The notes beneath the pieces are model-generated. The model did not search any database. It saw only the letters and a list, made by a program, of their open reading frames with translations, and had not been told where the DNA came from. DNA of 64,000 nucleotides from Octopus vulgaris (Eukaryota): NCBI GenBank assembly GCA_951406725.2, contig OX597817.1, forward strand, positions 29,698,001 through 29,762,000, written 5' to 3'. The position numbers and the translations under genes were made by a program. Below, piece after piece: positions 40,309-54,348 of this stretch; positions within the stretch are counted from its first letter, which is position 1; the number at the start of each line of letters is the position of its first letter.

Positions 40309-40947
40309 AGGTATAGCTGTATGGTAAGGAAATTTGCTTTACAATCAAGTAGTTTTGATTTCAATTCCACTACATAGAAACTTGGGCAAGTGTTTTCATA
40401 TATAGCCTCATGTGAACCAATGTCTCAAGTAGAAACACTTGTCCAAGGTGCCATATGTATCGAAACACAGAGTAGATGAAACCATGGCGACTGAAGAAGG
40501 GGAATTTTCTTTGTGTTGTTTGTTCTGTACTCTTTTTTTTTGTTTAAGAAAAATGTCCAGTTCCTTGGTTTTGTGTTTATGTTTTCGTTTCTCATTGTGT
40601 TCGACGTTTTTTTGGTGTCCTGTACCCATATATGCGTGTATATATACATGTAGAGGTAGGTACGTACATATATGTATGTATATATGGATATGTTTTATTT
40701 ATTAATTTTATATATATATGTATGTATGTGTGTATGTGTGAATATTCCTGCGTACATGCATGTCTTTGTTTGTCTCTCACTGCTTGACTACTGGTATTGG
40801 CTTCTTTATGTCCCTACAACTTAATGGTTCAGCAAAAAATGCTAATAGAATAAGCGCCACTGAAACAAGTACTTAAGGGGATTTAAATAACTAAACTCCT
40901 AATGGAAGTGCCTTGGTTCAATAACAGAAACAAATATAGATTAAAGG
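40309..40947 (+). mobile_element. Old, diverged SINE family A interrupted by insertions
   Basis: atagctgtatggtaagg..ccttgggcaagtg head at 40309-40410 and degenerate tail at 40760-40947. Confidence 0.6.
40459..40710 (+). mobile_element. Short non-autonomous element (probably PLE-derived); inverted copy at 47251-47553
   Basis: About 230 bp closely matching the reverse complement of 47262-47500; ends in (TA)n. Confidence 0.75.
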
Positions 40948-41507
40948 AAAATAATTAGTCAAAAGTGACTCACCAACTTCTTTATAAGTTTGCTGCAAAA
41001 TCTATGATATAATAGAATCAAGTAGCATATTTTAGAGACTAAATTACTCATGAATGCCATCCATATGAAGAAATTGTGAATTATGGTTAATTTAATGTTG
41101 ATATAATTGATGCAGCAAGCTAATTAGAAACATTTATGAGACGAGGAAAAAACAATATTAGTCAACGGCTGATGTAATTTTGATTATTCTGGTAAATACA
41201 GGAAACATTTAAGACATGTTTCTATCTTATTAGACCTCCTCAAGATATGTAGATTTATTGTATTGCTTATGTTTGATTGAGAAAATATAAAGAAGCATGA
41301 ACCTGTCCAAGATTGTCTACATACTTGCCAAATTGATTGAAGTAGTAATTAGCTATTGTTGTGATGTCTTTTCAATATAACATAATTAGGTTTAGCTAGC
41401 TTTTTGATACTCTCAGCATCAACAACTATTTCAATAGACATTTAACTATACTGATCATATATTGGTAATAGACAACAAAATAGCTAAACAGAGAGACAAA
41501 CAGACAA

Positions 41508-41960
<453 letters not shown>

Positions 41961-43677
41961 GACAAACAGACAGATAGATACATAAACAGTCTGACAGACA
42001 TATAAATAATTACACACACACATGCACACACACACACACAAACACATATAAAAATACAAATATAGAAAGAAAAGAGAGAGAGATAAAGAGATGTGTTTGT
42101 GTAAGAGAGAGGGAGAGAGAGAGAGAAAGAGAGGAAATAAAGTCAGAGAGAAGTTGTGGGGATATTGTATAGAAATTTCAATGAGAAGATAAAGTTACAA
42201 AAAAAGAAATTTTCAATGAAGTCTCATTTTTCAAAGAAATGAATTTTAAAGTTAAATACAATTTTAGGCTAAAATTCGTTTTGAACGAAGATGTTTTTAA
42301 AGCATATTCATTTCCCAGATCAAGATCAGATCTTTACAAAAGTGAAAGATAATGTAGATGAAAAGTCCTTAATGACCTTCTTCATATCAGCAATCTCAAT
42401 CGAATTGTTGAAATAATGCAATGCCTCCAAATTAATGCCATTTTACTTTTATTTCCTGTTAAGCTAATTTTCTTTCAACAGCACTACATTCCTTATTTTG
42501 TTGTTCACAACATAAACATTTAATCAGAATTTAACTTAAATCTATTGTTACCTGATTTCTATCTAATCATTTCTGTTTAAAATATTCATGATTTTAATAT
42601 AAATTTCAATAGAATATAATTAAGGATTTTGTTTGTAATAGTATATGTAATTAGAAGCAAAATGTACTCTCTTTGCTTATCAATAACTTACCGAAATTTG
42701 TCTTTATGGCTATACAGATATTATTATATTTTTCATAGAAATGAAACCTTTAGAAGCAAGCTTAATTGCAGCAAAAGCATATAATATATAAAAATATATA
42801 TATTTATAATTATAGTAAATTCTCAATTATCTATAGTAAATTCATAATTATGCATTAAATATTAAATTAATGCAATGAAAATGAGTTATTGTATAACAGT
42901 ATTTTCCTGAAAGTGGCATCAAAATGTGAGTGCTCCAGTAGAGAATTGAAACCATGTTGCAAACCTAGCTTCAGGAGAGTGAAGAATTATTGGCTCATAA
43001 GATTAGCAGCATCAGTATCTTCTGTATGTATGATCTTGAAGTTGAAATACCCAACTTTTTTTATCTTAGGTCTGCTATCTTTAGGCTACAACTTAATTCA
43101 GTTCCTATGGTGTATAAGGGACTGAAAAAAAATACTCAGATTAAAAAGATCATTATGTACAATATACATCCATTATCTTTCATTTTTGTTAAGATTTGAT
43201 ATTCTTGGAACTGAACAAACAATGGAAATGTCTTCATTCACAACAAACTTTTGCTTAAATGTATATTTTACTTGAAAAATCACTTCTTTAAAAACAAAAC
43301 TCTCTTTGGACATTTATCTTTTTGGTAACCTTAATTTCTCATTTTAATTTCTATACAATACCTTATTACTCTCTATCTCTCCCTCTCTCTCTCTCTTGCT
43401 CTCTCTCACTCCATCTCTCTGACACATGGATTAATCTTGAATCTTGTTGTTATTCATTTTCAGCCAAGTGGAATGGAGCAATATCAAATGATGTCTTTTG
43501 CTCAAGAATATTCTATGCATCTGGTCTGAGAATTTAAACCACAGACTTACAATCACGAGTCCAACACACTAACTACAAAATCTCATACCTTCACAAAGGT
43601 ATGTAGCCTAGAGAAGTACCCAGTTAGCATCTGTATCATTCAACTTAAATATATACATACATACATACATACATACA

Positions 43678-43713
<36 letters not shown>

Positions 43714-43720
43714 TATATAC

Positions 43721-43762
<42 letters not shown>

Positions 43763-43820
43763 TATTAATTCCCATGCTGGCCACTTGATAAGATCGATAT
43801 CTATATATCGATATTATCCT

Positions 43821-43858
<38 letters not shown>

Positions 43859-43926
43859 CGAATTTTTTGCGTAATGAGATAAAAAAACCAAGTCTGTGTA
43901 AATGCTAGAACATTTATAGATAGGAG

Positions 43927-43978
43927 GTCTTACAGCTGTTTCCAGGATATTTATTAATTATATCCCTTCATCAGAGAC
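43927..43978 (-). ncRNA. Minimal type I hammerhead ribozyme (PLE-associated type)
   Basis: Minus strand: gtct-CTGATGA-agggatat(aattaataa)atatcctg-GAAAC-agct-GTA^agac. Intact core, stem I gtct/agac, stem II ggatat/atatcc, palindromic stem III acagctgt. Confidence 0.8.
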
Positions 43979-44302
43979 GGTGTGAGAGGATGGTTAAGTC
44001 ATAGTTAGTTCAGATGTGATACAAAATAGAGAGTGAGGTGGAGGAAAGAAATAGATGTGAGTTATGTATGGGTATTGAAGTTGTAAATCATTATGCAAAA
44101 GATTCGTATATACACAAGCTGACATAGAACCAATGTTGAACCCCTTATTTGCAAAATTACTGAATTTGGAACTTAACTATGGTCTGCCTATAGCACTTAT
44201 TCAGTATTACATGACACCTATCGGTCCCAATGACACCATTATCTCTTATATATATATATACACATACATTCATACATATATACATACATACATATATATA
44301 GA

Positions 44303-44343
<41 letters not shown>

Positions 44344-44387
44344 TTATATATAAAGAGAAATAATACATGCATATAAATACATATATT

Positions 44388-44454
<67 letters not shown>

Positions 44455-46950
44455 CATATATGTATGTGTACATAATACATACATACTTACATATATATAC
44501 ATGTATATATATATATACACACATTCATGTATATATATATACACACACGCACATGTATTATGAATAACTAAATATTCGACTTGATTTTACGTATTGAGTT
44601 CTTTATCATATAATATTTCAATTGTTGTTAATATTTCCCTATATATATATATATATATATATACTAAAATCATTATATATATATATATGCATGTATGATG
44701 TATGTAAATATTGTATATGCATATATTACATGCATGTTTTCTATACATATTCTAACCTTTTATTTCTTCATACAATTCTATCATCAAAGCAGTCTTCAAA
44801 TAATAGTAATGGGTGTAGTAGGGAGCATGCAGTTCGTTGTTCTGGTCATTGTATCTCATCAAACCAAGCTTAGATAACAAGGCTTCAATATAGCCTGAAC
44901 TGAAAAAGAATTCTGAAGAGTGTATGCATGTGAGAGCATGTATGTTTCTGTTTTGAATGTGTGTCTGTGTAGATGTATATTTTTGATTTTTATTTGTCGG
45001 CGTGTATTTTAATATATATATGTGCATACATACATATACAAGTATGTGTTGGCATGTGTGTGTTTATGTATGTGTTTGTGTGTGTATCCCTGTATTTCTA
45101 TGTATTGGTCTGATGTTATTTGAACAAGATAATCTTTGATATTCTGGTTTTGAGCATAATAGTTGAGATGAAAAATATCCAGTGAATGCATGAATTCTAT
45201 TCAAGGTATGCATGTAGACACATGTAGACATAGTCAAAGAGAGAAAACAGGGGGGAGCAGATGAAAAAATATAAGGAATCATGGAGAGAGATAGTGTGCA
45301 GTAGATAGATAAATAGACAGATGGAAAGAAGGTGAGAGCAAGAGATGGGGAAACAGGAAAAAAGAAATAGAATAATTCAGATAGAAAGGGGAAAATAGAT
45401 GAAGTGAAAGCAATTAGTAGCAAGTGAATGAGAGGAAGAGAGAAAGATGGGGGAGAGAGAGAGAGAGATGGGGACACACAGAGCAGGGAAATAATGGGAA
45501 GGAGATAGTTGGAATTATATGTATGTATATATATATATATGCATATAAAACAAGAAGCAAAATGATAGTGAAAGTATGAGAGAGAAAAGGCGGGAGAAAG
45601 TAGGAGAGAGAGAGAGGAAAATATGTTTAGAAATATATGGGTGATGAAAAGAGGGGTCCAATGATATGAAGAGAGTTTGAGGACGAGGTAAAGACAGGGT
45701 GGGGGGCAGATGTGGAGAGAAATTGGAGAGAAGAAGACAAAGGTATACAGATGCAGCAAAAGAATGATGGTTGAGTAAAATAGAACGGGAGATAGATAAG
45801 AAAAGGTGGGTAAACTGTAGCGAAACGTATTATTGAAGGATGATGAAATAATGTAAATTGAAAGTGTATAAGTACGATAAAATTCATAAGATGTACGATA
45901 TGTACACGTATAGCCATAGTTATGTATATATTCATACGTACGCATGTACATACATACGTGCATATATATATAGCTATGTGAATACATACATGCATACGTA
46001 CGTTCGTACGTTCATACTTGACTAGTCCTGTGATGTCTAAATTCTAATGGAAGTGTCTTGTTCTTAAGCTATAAGCTGGCTTTTTCTCCATTGGTGAGAA
46101 ATTGGAAAAATTAAACTAGGCAAACATGCATACATACATACATTCATACATACATGGTGATGTATGTATGCTCCATCTTCATAGATGTTTGGCATCTCCT
46201 TGTGCTTCCTCGTTATCAATGGTTTTTTTCTGATTTCCCGTTCATGACCTCCCAAATATCTATACATATCTATACAGTTACGCAGCAGAGAGACATGGTT
46301 TGAAGCATAAGCGATAGACAGAAGTTGTCACTTACTGTGCACTTCCAACTGGTCAGGTCTTCGCACGCCACCATTCTTCCATTGCCCTAGGATTTTCAGT
46401 AGATGGAAAGACCCATAAAGTCACGATAAAGTGACATCTGTACGTCATCGGATTATAGTGATAAACGCTTGTACTACATGAGTACCATTCCCTGAGCTAC
46501 CGTGATTAGTACTTAGTGATAGGCCGATGCGTGATAACCTGGCTATGACTGGATCCTTTAGTGATACTCCAGTGAGTTCCAGGGATTTGAGGAGGGTGGG
46601 ACCATCTCTTAGCTACGATTGTTCCCAGGTCTCCTCTGACTTGGAATAGTAGCACTTGCCAGGATCCCGGCTATGTACTAACTAGCTCATCTTAAGACAA
46701 TCCATCTGAGCGCGTGGGGTAATGAATTACCCTTGGTTGGTGTCAGAACTCCAACAGCAAGGAGTGAGGGCTCTTGAAATATTGTCACAGCATGCTTCTA
46801 GAACAAGGACACTCTGATATAAAACCTATTATTTTACGTGATTACATATATATGCACTCACCCACAAACCTAAACATATGGGTGAATAATTACATATATA
46901 TGTGTTTGTTTATGTGTGGGGTTGGGGGTGACTGGGTATGTGTGTGTATA

Positions 46951-47158
46951 GGCGCAGGCATGGCAGTGTGGTAAGAAGTACTTCCGGGTTCAGTCTTACT
47001 GCGTGGCACCTTGGCCAAATGTCTTCTTCTATAGTCGCGGGCCGACCAACGCCTTGTAAGTAGATTTAGTAGACGGAAACTGTAAGCAGTTATATTCTTT
47101 CATTCTTTTATTCTTTTTCTTGTTTCAATCATTTGAATGCGGCCATGTTGGAGCAACG

Positions 47159-47160
<2 letters not shown>
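46951..47160. mobile_element. SINE family A head (+, 46951-47083) and tail (-, 47095-47160)
   Basis: ggcgcaggcatggcagtgtgg...agacggaaactg, then ttgtttcaatcatttgaatgcggccatgttggagc. Confidence 0.75.
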
Positions 47161-47210
<50 letters not shown>

Positions 47211-47250
47211 TTTATTTATTAATTTGTCATTATATATATATATATATATA

Positions 47251-47662
<412 letters not shown>

Positions 47663-47692
47663 TATGTGTGTGTGTGTAATATATATATATAT

Positions 47693-49441
47693 ATTTGAAA
47701 AACTTGTAATTGTTTAAAATAAATTTATTTGCATATATACCAAACTAGTTTCAACAATACTTTTTGTTTATCAATGGTAAAAATTTTGAATTACGAATTG
47801 AAAAAACGTCTTCAACTTAGTAAGAAGAACTTGCACGATTGCATCAAATCCTGAAACCCGAGAAACGCGACTTCAAGAACTTAAAAACACATTACTAGAT
47901 AGAAAATACCCAGCCAGTGCAAAAATGATAGACATCCAAGAATTACGGAAAACAAGAAAACTCCATGACACACATAAAAATATATCTTACGTATCAACAC
48001 ACAATCCGAGAAATATGATAGCATACATCATCCACCAAAACATACCCCTTCTTATGAAGGACCTGCGAATGAAAAAGGCACTGGAAACACATAGGATTAT
48101 CGAAAGCAAGAGACAACCGCAATCCCTAAAAACGTTACTCACCAGCGCCAAATTACCCACCAAAAATAAACCCACTAGTCAAAAACTGCATGTTCCTCTT
48201 AGAGGGTTCAACATACAAATTTAAGTCAAGTCAAACTTTTACCATAAAAATCACTTCACCTGTGCTTCGAAGATCTTAATCTATGTCTTCAAATGTGGAG
48301 GGTGTGGTGGAGACTACACAGGTCAAACTAATTTAACCTTGAGGGATAGACTAACGGTGCACGGGCAACAAATCCGGGACCCTACGACTAGGAAAATTCC
48401 CGTAAGCAAACACCTAGACCAATGCCCCGTAAACATAAACCCAAAATACTAAATCTTCCCTCTCTATCAATGCACCTGAAACACTTCAACTCAACTCCGT
48501 TTAAATAAGGAAAGCATACTCATTAAAAAATATAAACCACAGCTGAATATCCTTTAGAAAGAAGAAAAAACACTAAAGAGAAAAAGGAAAAAGACTCAAT
48601 TTCCCCACAAAAAACAATCAGGAACAACAAACAATTTTAAAAACTTTAGTAACAGTGTTCCACCCGGGTTTCGAAACAGCAACTCCAAATCACTATACAA
48701 ACACCAGTTGCCAACGTCACTTATCTCTAGACCAATGAAATTTTACAAACACCAGTCGCCGACGTCACTAGAACAATCGAATACAGTCGCCGACGTCACT
48801 AGACCAATCCAATACAACAAAATGACCCTTTAAGAGAATCAACCAGCCGGAATGACTGAAGACCGTTCCCCACAGGGAAGCCAGCCATGCAGAATGACAA
48901 ATTTGACCACCGGAAAAACAAGACGTCACCAGTACTTTAACGAATCAAAAATCAGATCCACTCACGGAAAAAAATTATAAATACACCGGATTCCAAAACA
49001 TACCGCTACAACTACAACAAAAGTTCCTACACACGACGGAAAGAGGATCAGAGAAACTATAACCAAAATCCCTTATTTTACAATCTTCATTTCTCGCTTG
49101 TTTTTTTCCCTCAGTACGACTGAAACTTTGATGATATTCATTTTTCGTCGATCACTACTAACATTAATGAGCTTTGTACATTCAAGCAAATTAATGCACT
49201 GTTTTAATATCATTGACTGTTATGAACATTAAAACTTGTCAACATCAAAAGTTTTGAACATGTTTTTCTAATTCATAATTCTAAATTTGTCTGTTATGAA
49301 CATTTTAATTTGTCAACATTGAAACTTTTAAAGATGTTCTTTCAATTCATAATTCTAAATTTTTACCATTGATAAACAAAAAATATTGTTGAAACTAGTT
49401 TGGTATGTATTTAAATAAATTTATTACAAGTTTTTCAAATT
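47693..49441 (+). mobile_element. 5'-truncated Penelope-like element with inverted terminal segment
   Basis: Segment 47693-47792 is the reverse complement of about 49341-49441. Internal thumb/GIY-YIG coding relic; 3' region has short tandem repeats (cagtcgccgacgtcactaga, and two ~70-bp units at 49218-49360). Confidence 0.85.
47790..48557 (+). pseudogene. PLE ORF C-terminus (RT thumb plus GIY-YIG endonuclease), disrupted
   Basis: FNLVRRTCTIASNPETRETRLQELKNTLLDRKYP; YVSTHNPRN; KRQPQSLKTLLTSAK; NHFTCASKILIYVFKCGGCGGDYTGQTNLTLRDRLTVH; KKYKPQLNIL*. Confidence 0.88.
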
Positions 49442-50169
49442 TAGGTACATTTTCAACAACAAATTTGCCTATATTCTTTTCCTGCGTAGAAATACACCCC
49501 CTCGATGGAAAGTGAGCATGAAGAGAAGGCCAGAAAATGTGAGGGAGAGGGAACAAAAGAACGAAGAGTGGAATAGTGGAATGAACGAAGTGTGAAAGGG
49601 CTGATAGGAAGAAGGAAAGAATGAAAAGAATAATAATGTATATATAATTAATCAAAGGACATACTAAGTATGTCTTCCTGCAGGAAATAACAGTCAAAAC
49701 TCTTATTTAAATCGCCAAAATACCCTGATAATAACAATAGAAATCAACTGTCCGAAGGCAAACGGGCTAAGACAATCTCCCAACGCACATTCAAGTATGT
49801 ATATATATATATTTATATATCTGTGTGTGTCTTTGTGCCTGTGATTACGTCCCCGTAACCTAGCGGTCTGGCAAAAAGACCGATAGAATAAATACCAGGT
49901 TCAATACAAAAAACAAAAAACTTCTGGGTTAATTCATTCTTTGCCTATTGTTTTTGCATGCTACACTAGACTGTACTCCAGCATGACCGCAGTCTAATGA
50001 CAGAAACAAGGAAAGGATCGAATATAAAGGATATACGCGTAGCGATAAGTATGTATTGATTTGTATATACTTGTGTGTGCGTGTGTGTATGTGTGTATGC
50101 GCGTGTATGTCTGTATGACTCTGTGTCCTTCAATGTATATTTTATGTACAGTTTTTCAAAGTGAATTTC

Positions 50170-51560
50170 TGTAGCACCGCATCTCATGAATTTTTGCCTC
50201 TTTGCTACCTTTCAGTCATACATCTACGTTTTCGCCAATTTTACGCATGACTACTTCAGTGTTCCAATAAAACAGGTCCTTTCCACTTTGACTACTTGGT
50301 ATTTCAACAGTCCACCTTCATCTGCTGCACAAGTCCATACCAGAGTATTTTGCTCTTTTGCATTCCACATCTGATTAGTCTTATAACACCCAATTTTTCT
50401 TCCAGTTTATTTGTGTTCAGTCATTTATGCACACTAACGTAACCCCTAAATCAGAACATTTTGTTTCATCTTTTTATTTTTATCTTTTTCAAAATCCATA
50501 AATCCTATGCAATCACTATCCATGTTGTGCCTTCGTACCTTCCACTCAAAGAGAAAATCCCATTGTTGCCAATAGAAGTAATAACATTTTACCTTCTTTC
50601 GTTTTTGGATTTGGTTTGCAAGATTCTTTATGTGAGTTCGTGTGTTGAAGCATATTCTGTTGTGTCTGGGGACCGTGGGTCGGGGGAGTCAATTTCTTTT
50701 TGTGCCTTATAATTTAACACACTTACTATTGAAAAGGTTGCAAGACGCAACGAAAATTTTAGGAAAATAATAATAAGAAATAAATGGAAATTTTACCGTA
50801 CCGGTGAGTGTGTTATATTATAAGGCACAAAAAGAAATTGACTCTCCCCAGACACAACAGAATTTTACCTTCTATGATATCAAAAAAGAAACTACTTCCA
50901 TTTCTATCTAGTCACCAAAGTAATAGATGCTATCAACTACTTCGAGAGAACACTTACACCAGTTGAAAAGATTTATTTCATTGATGCTGCTTCATCAAAC
51001 CTCTCCTGTGCTTCTGCTAAATACAAATATTTATTTTCCTGACATCCCGCTTGTGATCTCTTGTGTATCCATAATTTTACTTTTGGTATATTGTAAATTG
51101 CTCTGATTAACTACTTTTCTCTGATTTGAGCATAGACAATTCCCTGATGGCAGGGAAAAGCATTCATTTGTGAGCTCTTAAACTCCCTTCAGAACTATAA
51201 TCTACAAGTGGGACAGAGAACTGGGTCTTGATTATAACTCAGTTATAATCATCTTGCAAATGGAATCACTGTACATGGTTAGCACGACTCACATAAACCA
51301 TTCGTTCATCTAAATCAGGCTTTCTTAGCTTTTCCTAGACTACAGGACGTGCTAATGAATGTAATCCAGTCGCACTATAATTTTCTGGGGGTTTTTTCCA
51401 GGTCCTGTGATTTGATGCCCCTGAAGTCAAAACATTTCTTTTGCTCTAGTAACAGTTAATTTATATTGCAACAGTCACTGGGTGTGACAACTCCTTGTGC
51501 TACCGAAAGAATTATTCCAATGTTGCTTGTTTCAAGCAATTTATATATCCACCACATGCT
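50170..51560 (-). mobile_element. Highly decayed RTE-like LINE fragments (interrupted)
   Basis: Weak minus-strand similarity to the RTE linker and RT N-terminus (KSGKDLF..GTLK; VYLAEAQERF). Confidence 0.35.
50630..50863. mobile_element. Fold-back element with central hammerhead-like motif
   Basis: Arms attctgttgtgtctggg..gagtcaatttctttttgtgccttataat..aacacact (about 50654-50724) and agtgtgtt..attataaggcacaaaaagaaattgactc..cccagacacaacagaat (about 50806-50863). Motif at 50726-50762. Confidence 0.7.
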
Positions 51561-51959
51561 TCTTAGAGGATTTTACTTGTACAAATTGAATACAACCAAA
51601 AAAGAAAGAGACCTGATTGTTTAAGTGGAAGGCGAGAAAGGCTGGAGAAGACAGAAAAGTATCAAGCACATTGACGAGAAGCCAGACGTCAGCAAAGAGA
51701 CAATTGGAAAGAAGTTTGCCAATATTCTTTTACGTAAAAATAACAAAGATGAGCTGTTCTGTATTACGATACAGCATATCAGTAGAAATATTAACCAGGA
51801 TTAGTAAGATGTGTATTTGATGATAGCGACACACTCGCCTCTCATGATACTAAAAATTTAGGGACATGGTCTGGAAATTCTCTAATAAGATGTCTGTGGA
51901 TGAGGATAATGCATGAAAGAGGGAGAGACTACACAATGTAAACTCAACAACAGGACCGG

Positions 51960-52250
51960 AGACCCCCTTCGGTCACGACACAGACCATGGGATTGCACCT
52001 AGAAAGTTACCCTCCTAGACACAAGTCCGGGCGAGGTTGTTTATGGAAGACCAGCAGTCGCCCATGCATACCAGCCTCCCCTCTCCACTCCACCAGTGTT
52101 ATCCAAGGGAAAGGCAAAGGGGCCGATACAGCTTGGCACTAGTGACGTCGCAACTCATTTCTACAGCTGAGTGAACTGGAGCAAGTGAAATAAAGTGCCT
52201 TGCTCAAGAACACAACACGCAGCCCGGTCCGGGATTCGAGCTCACAGGAC
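51960..52250 (-). mobile_element. SINE (family D-related body) with a distinct 3' tail
   Basis: Minus strand ctcgaatcccggaccgggctgcgtgttgtgttcttgagcaaggcac...gtgaccgaagggggtctc. Confidence 0.75.
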
Positions 52251-52419
52251 CAGCTATTGAAATATACGGCTATGCAGTACATATGGTCTTTAGCCAGCCC
52301 GGCCATCCGGTATAGTACTAAAAATGTTCTGCAAACAACACACATTAGTGATTCGTACAGCCCATCACGTAGTCAGCAAGAAACCCATCTCAATAACATA
52401 CGTATTAAGCATCATCTTC

Positions 52420-53280
52420 AACAAAGGGGGAAAGAAAAGTTTAGAAAGAGAAATCAAACTCATGACCAAGCTATGAAAGTGACGGAAAGAGCAAAAAGTA
52501 CAACTAATTAGGAAGAAAATTAGCTTATGTGAGGTGCAGTTTGAGATTATGCTAGCATTAGATACAACTGATATCCTCTTCCTAGTGAAACAGCTACAGG
52601 AGAAGCTCTTGCAAAGTGCAGCAGCTCGTTGGCTTGGTGAAATCCTTTCATATGTTACCACATTATGTATTCTATTGGGCATTAAAAATAACTATAAACG
52701 AATGGTTTGTCAGAACTTCGTCATTCAAAGCTTATGCAGAGTTACTGTCGGCAAGGACAGTTAATAACAAGTTCAGCTAGGAGCCTAGAATGCAAGGAGG
52801 AGTCCACGACTTGGTCATCAACTCGCACCTGTTCATTATAGTTCTCCATGCCTTGACAGGGGAGTTTAAGACCAGCTGTCTGTCACTGTCCTATTCCTCA
52901 TAGCAGAATCTCTAGAAGCGTTAAAGAAATTTCAAATGTAGAAACAAAACGTAGAACTCGCGAGTTTCAAAGTAAACCAAGTAAAGACAAACTTTTTGCC
53001 ATCAGGGACGCATTATGCTTAATATACAGAAAAAAGTAGTTATCCATGGGATCTTATATAAAATATGGCTACTCAAGAAATCTAGTGGATCTCATGAAAG
53101 CTAAGCAGTAGATGCGCAGAAGTTACTAGTAAGAGCACCAATAAAATTAATTGTTTTTGATTTTCAAGTGTTCTCTAAAATAGGTGACAGCTTATGTTAT
53201 GTAGATGATTAATGTATCAGAGGTTCGAGCATTTCTTTCATCGGCTAGCAAAAGAAAAAAAAATACATGGGGTTTCTTTA
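52420..53280 (+). pseudogene. Decayed RTE-clade LINE reverse transcriptase fragment
   Basis: EVQFEIMLALDTTDILFLVKQLQEKL resembles EMQFGFMPGRSTTDAIFLVRQLQEK; GVHDLVINSHLFIIVLHALTGEFKT resembles GVHQGSVLSPLLFIIVL. Confidence 0.75.
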
Positions 53281-53331
53281 AGTGAAAAGTGTCGGAGGCT
53301 TGAGTACAAAATGCGATCTTACATTTTTTTT

Positions 53332-53703
53332 TTTACTTGTTTCAGTCATTTGACTGCGGCCATGCTGGAGCACCGCCTTTTGTCTAGCAAATCGACCCCG
53401 GAACTTATTCTTTGTAAGCCCAGTACTTATTCTATCGATCTCTTTTGCCGAACCGCTAGGTGACGGGGACGTAAACACACCAGCATCGGTTGTCAAGCAA
53501 TGCTAGGGGGACAAACACACACATACATATATATATATACATATATACGACAGGCTTCTTTCAGTTTCCGTCTACCAAATCCACTCACAAGGCATTGGTC
53601 GGCCCGGGGCTATAGCAGAAGGCACTTGCCCAAGATGCCACGCAGTGGGACTGAACCCGGAACCATGTGGTTGGTTAGCAAGCTACTTACCACACAGCCA
53701 CTC
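53332..53703 (-). mobile_element. SINE family A
   Basis: Reverse-complement copy, nearly full length. Confidence 0.9.
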
Positions 53704-54348
53704 TAGATATTAAGTGTGTAGAATGTGCGAAGGCTTGTGAGACATGACTCCTGTATGCAATATGTAGTGAGATGCTGTGCTGGAGAAGACCCATAAGATC
53801 TAAATAGAGTTAGAGAGATGGAATAAAGCAATGATGATGATGATGATGATGATGATGATAATAATGATGATGATGATGATGATGATGATGGTAATGACGA
53901 TGATCTTTCACATACAGGTACATACTCGTGCATTTGCATACACTCATATACACAAGCCCTTTAACTTTGTTAAGTTCCTTAGATCCCCCATGTGAAGAAA
54001 AGCTCTTTGAAATCTCCCATTTTTGTTTTGCGTATTTTGTCATCCATTTCAAAGGATGCGACTACAAGATATTTTATTGTAAAAATCAAAAGCCAGAATG
54101 AAACAAATTTCTGTCATTCCTTTTCACCCCCACCCCGCTCTCTATGACAGTTTCTAATTTGTTTTCTTTTTTATCACGTTCTCATGTTGACTATATGACT
54201 CCACTTTGTATTACAATTGGTATCTTGTTACTTAGCTACACTATTAGAAAATCTCTTGTTTGGAGGCACTTCTTTGTTAATATTGTTTTCTTCCTTTTTC
54301 CTCATTCACTGAGACAGACAGACATATAGATAGATAGATACATAGAAA

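Noticed and set aside
45064-45995. 307-aa minus-strand ORF, the longest in the window
   Set aside because: It comes from a low-complexity purine-rich tract giving L/S/F/P-biased sequence with no recognisable domain.
46270-46790. GC-richer island, possibly an RTE 3' remnant (similar island at 19740-19960)
   Set aside because: No clear motif, terminal structure or second copy to support a call.
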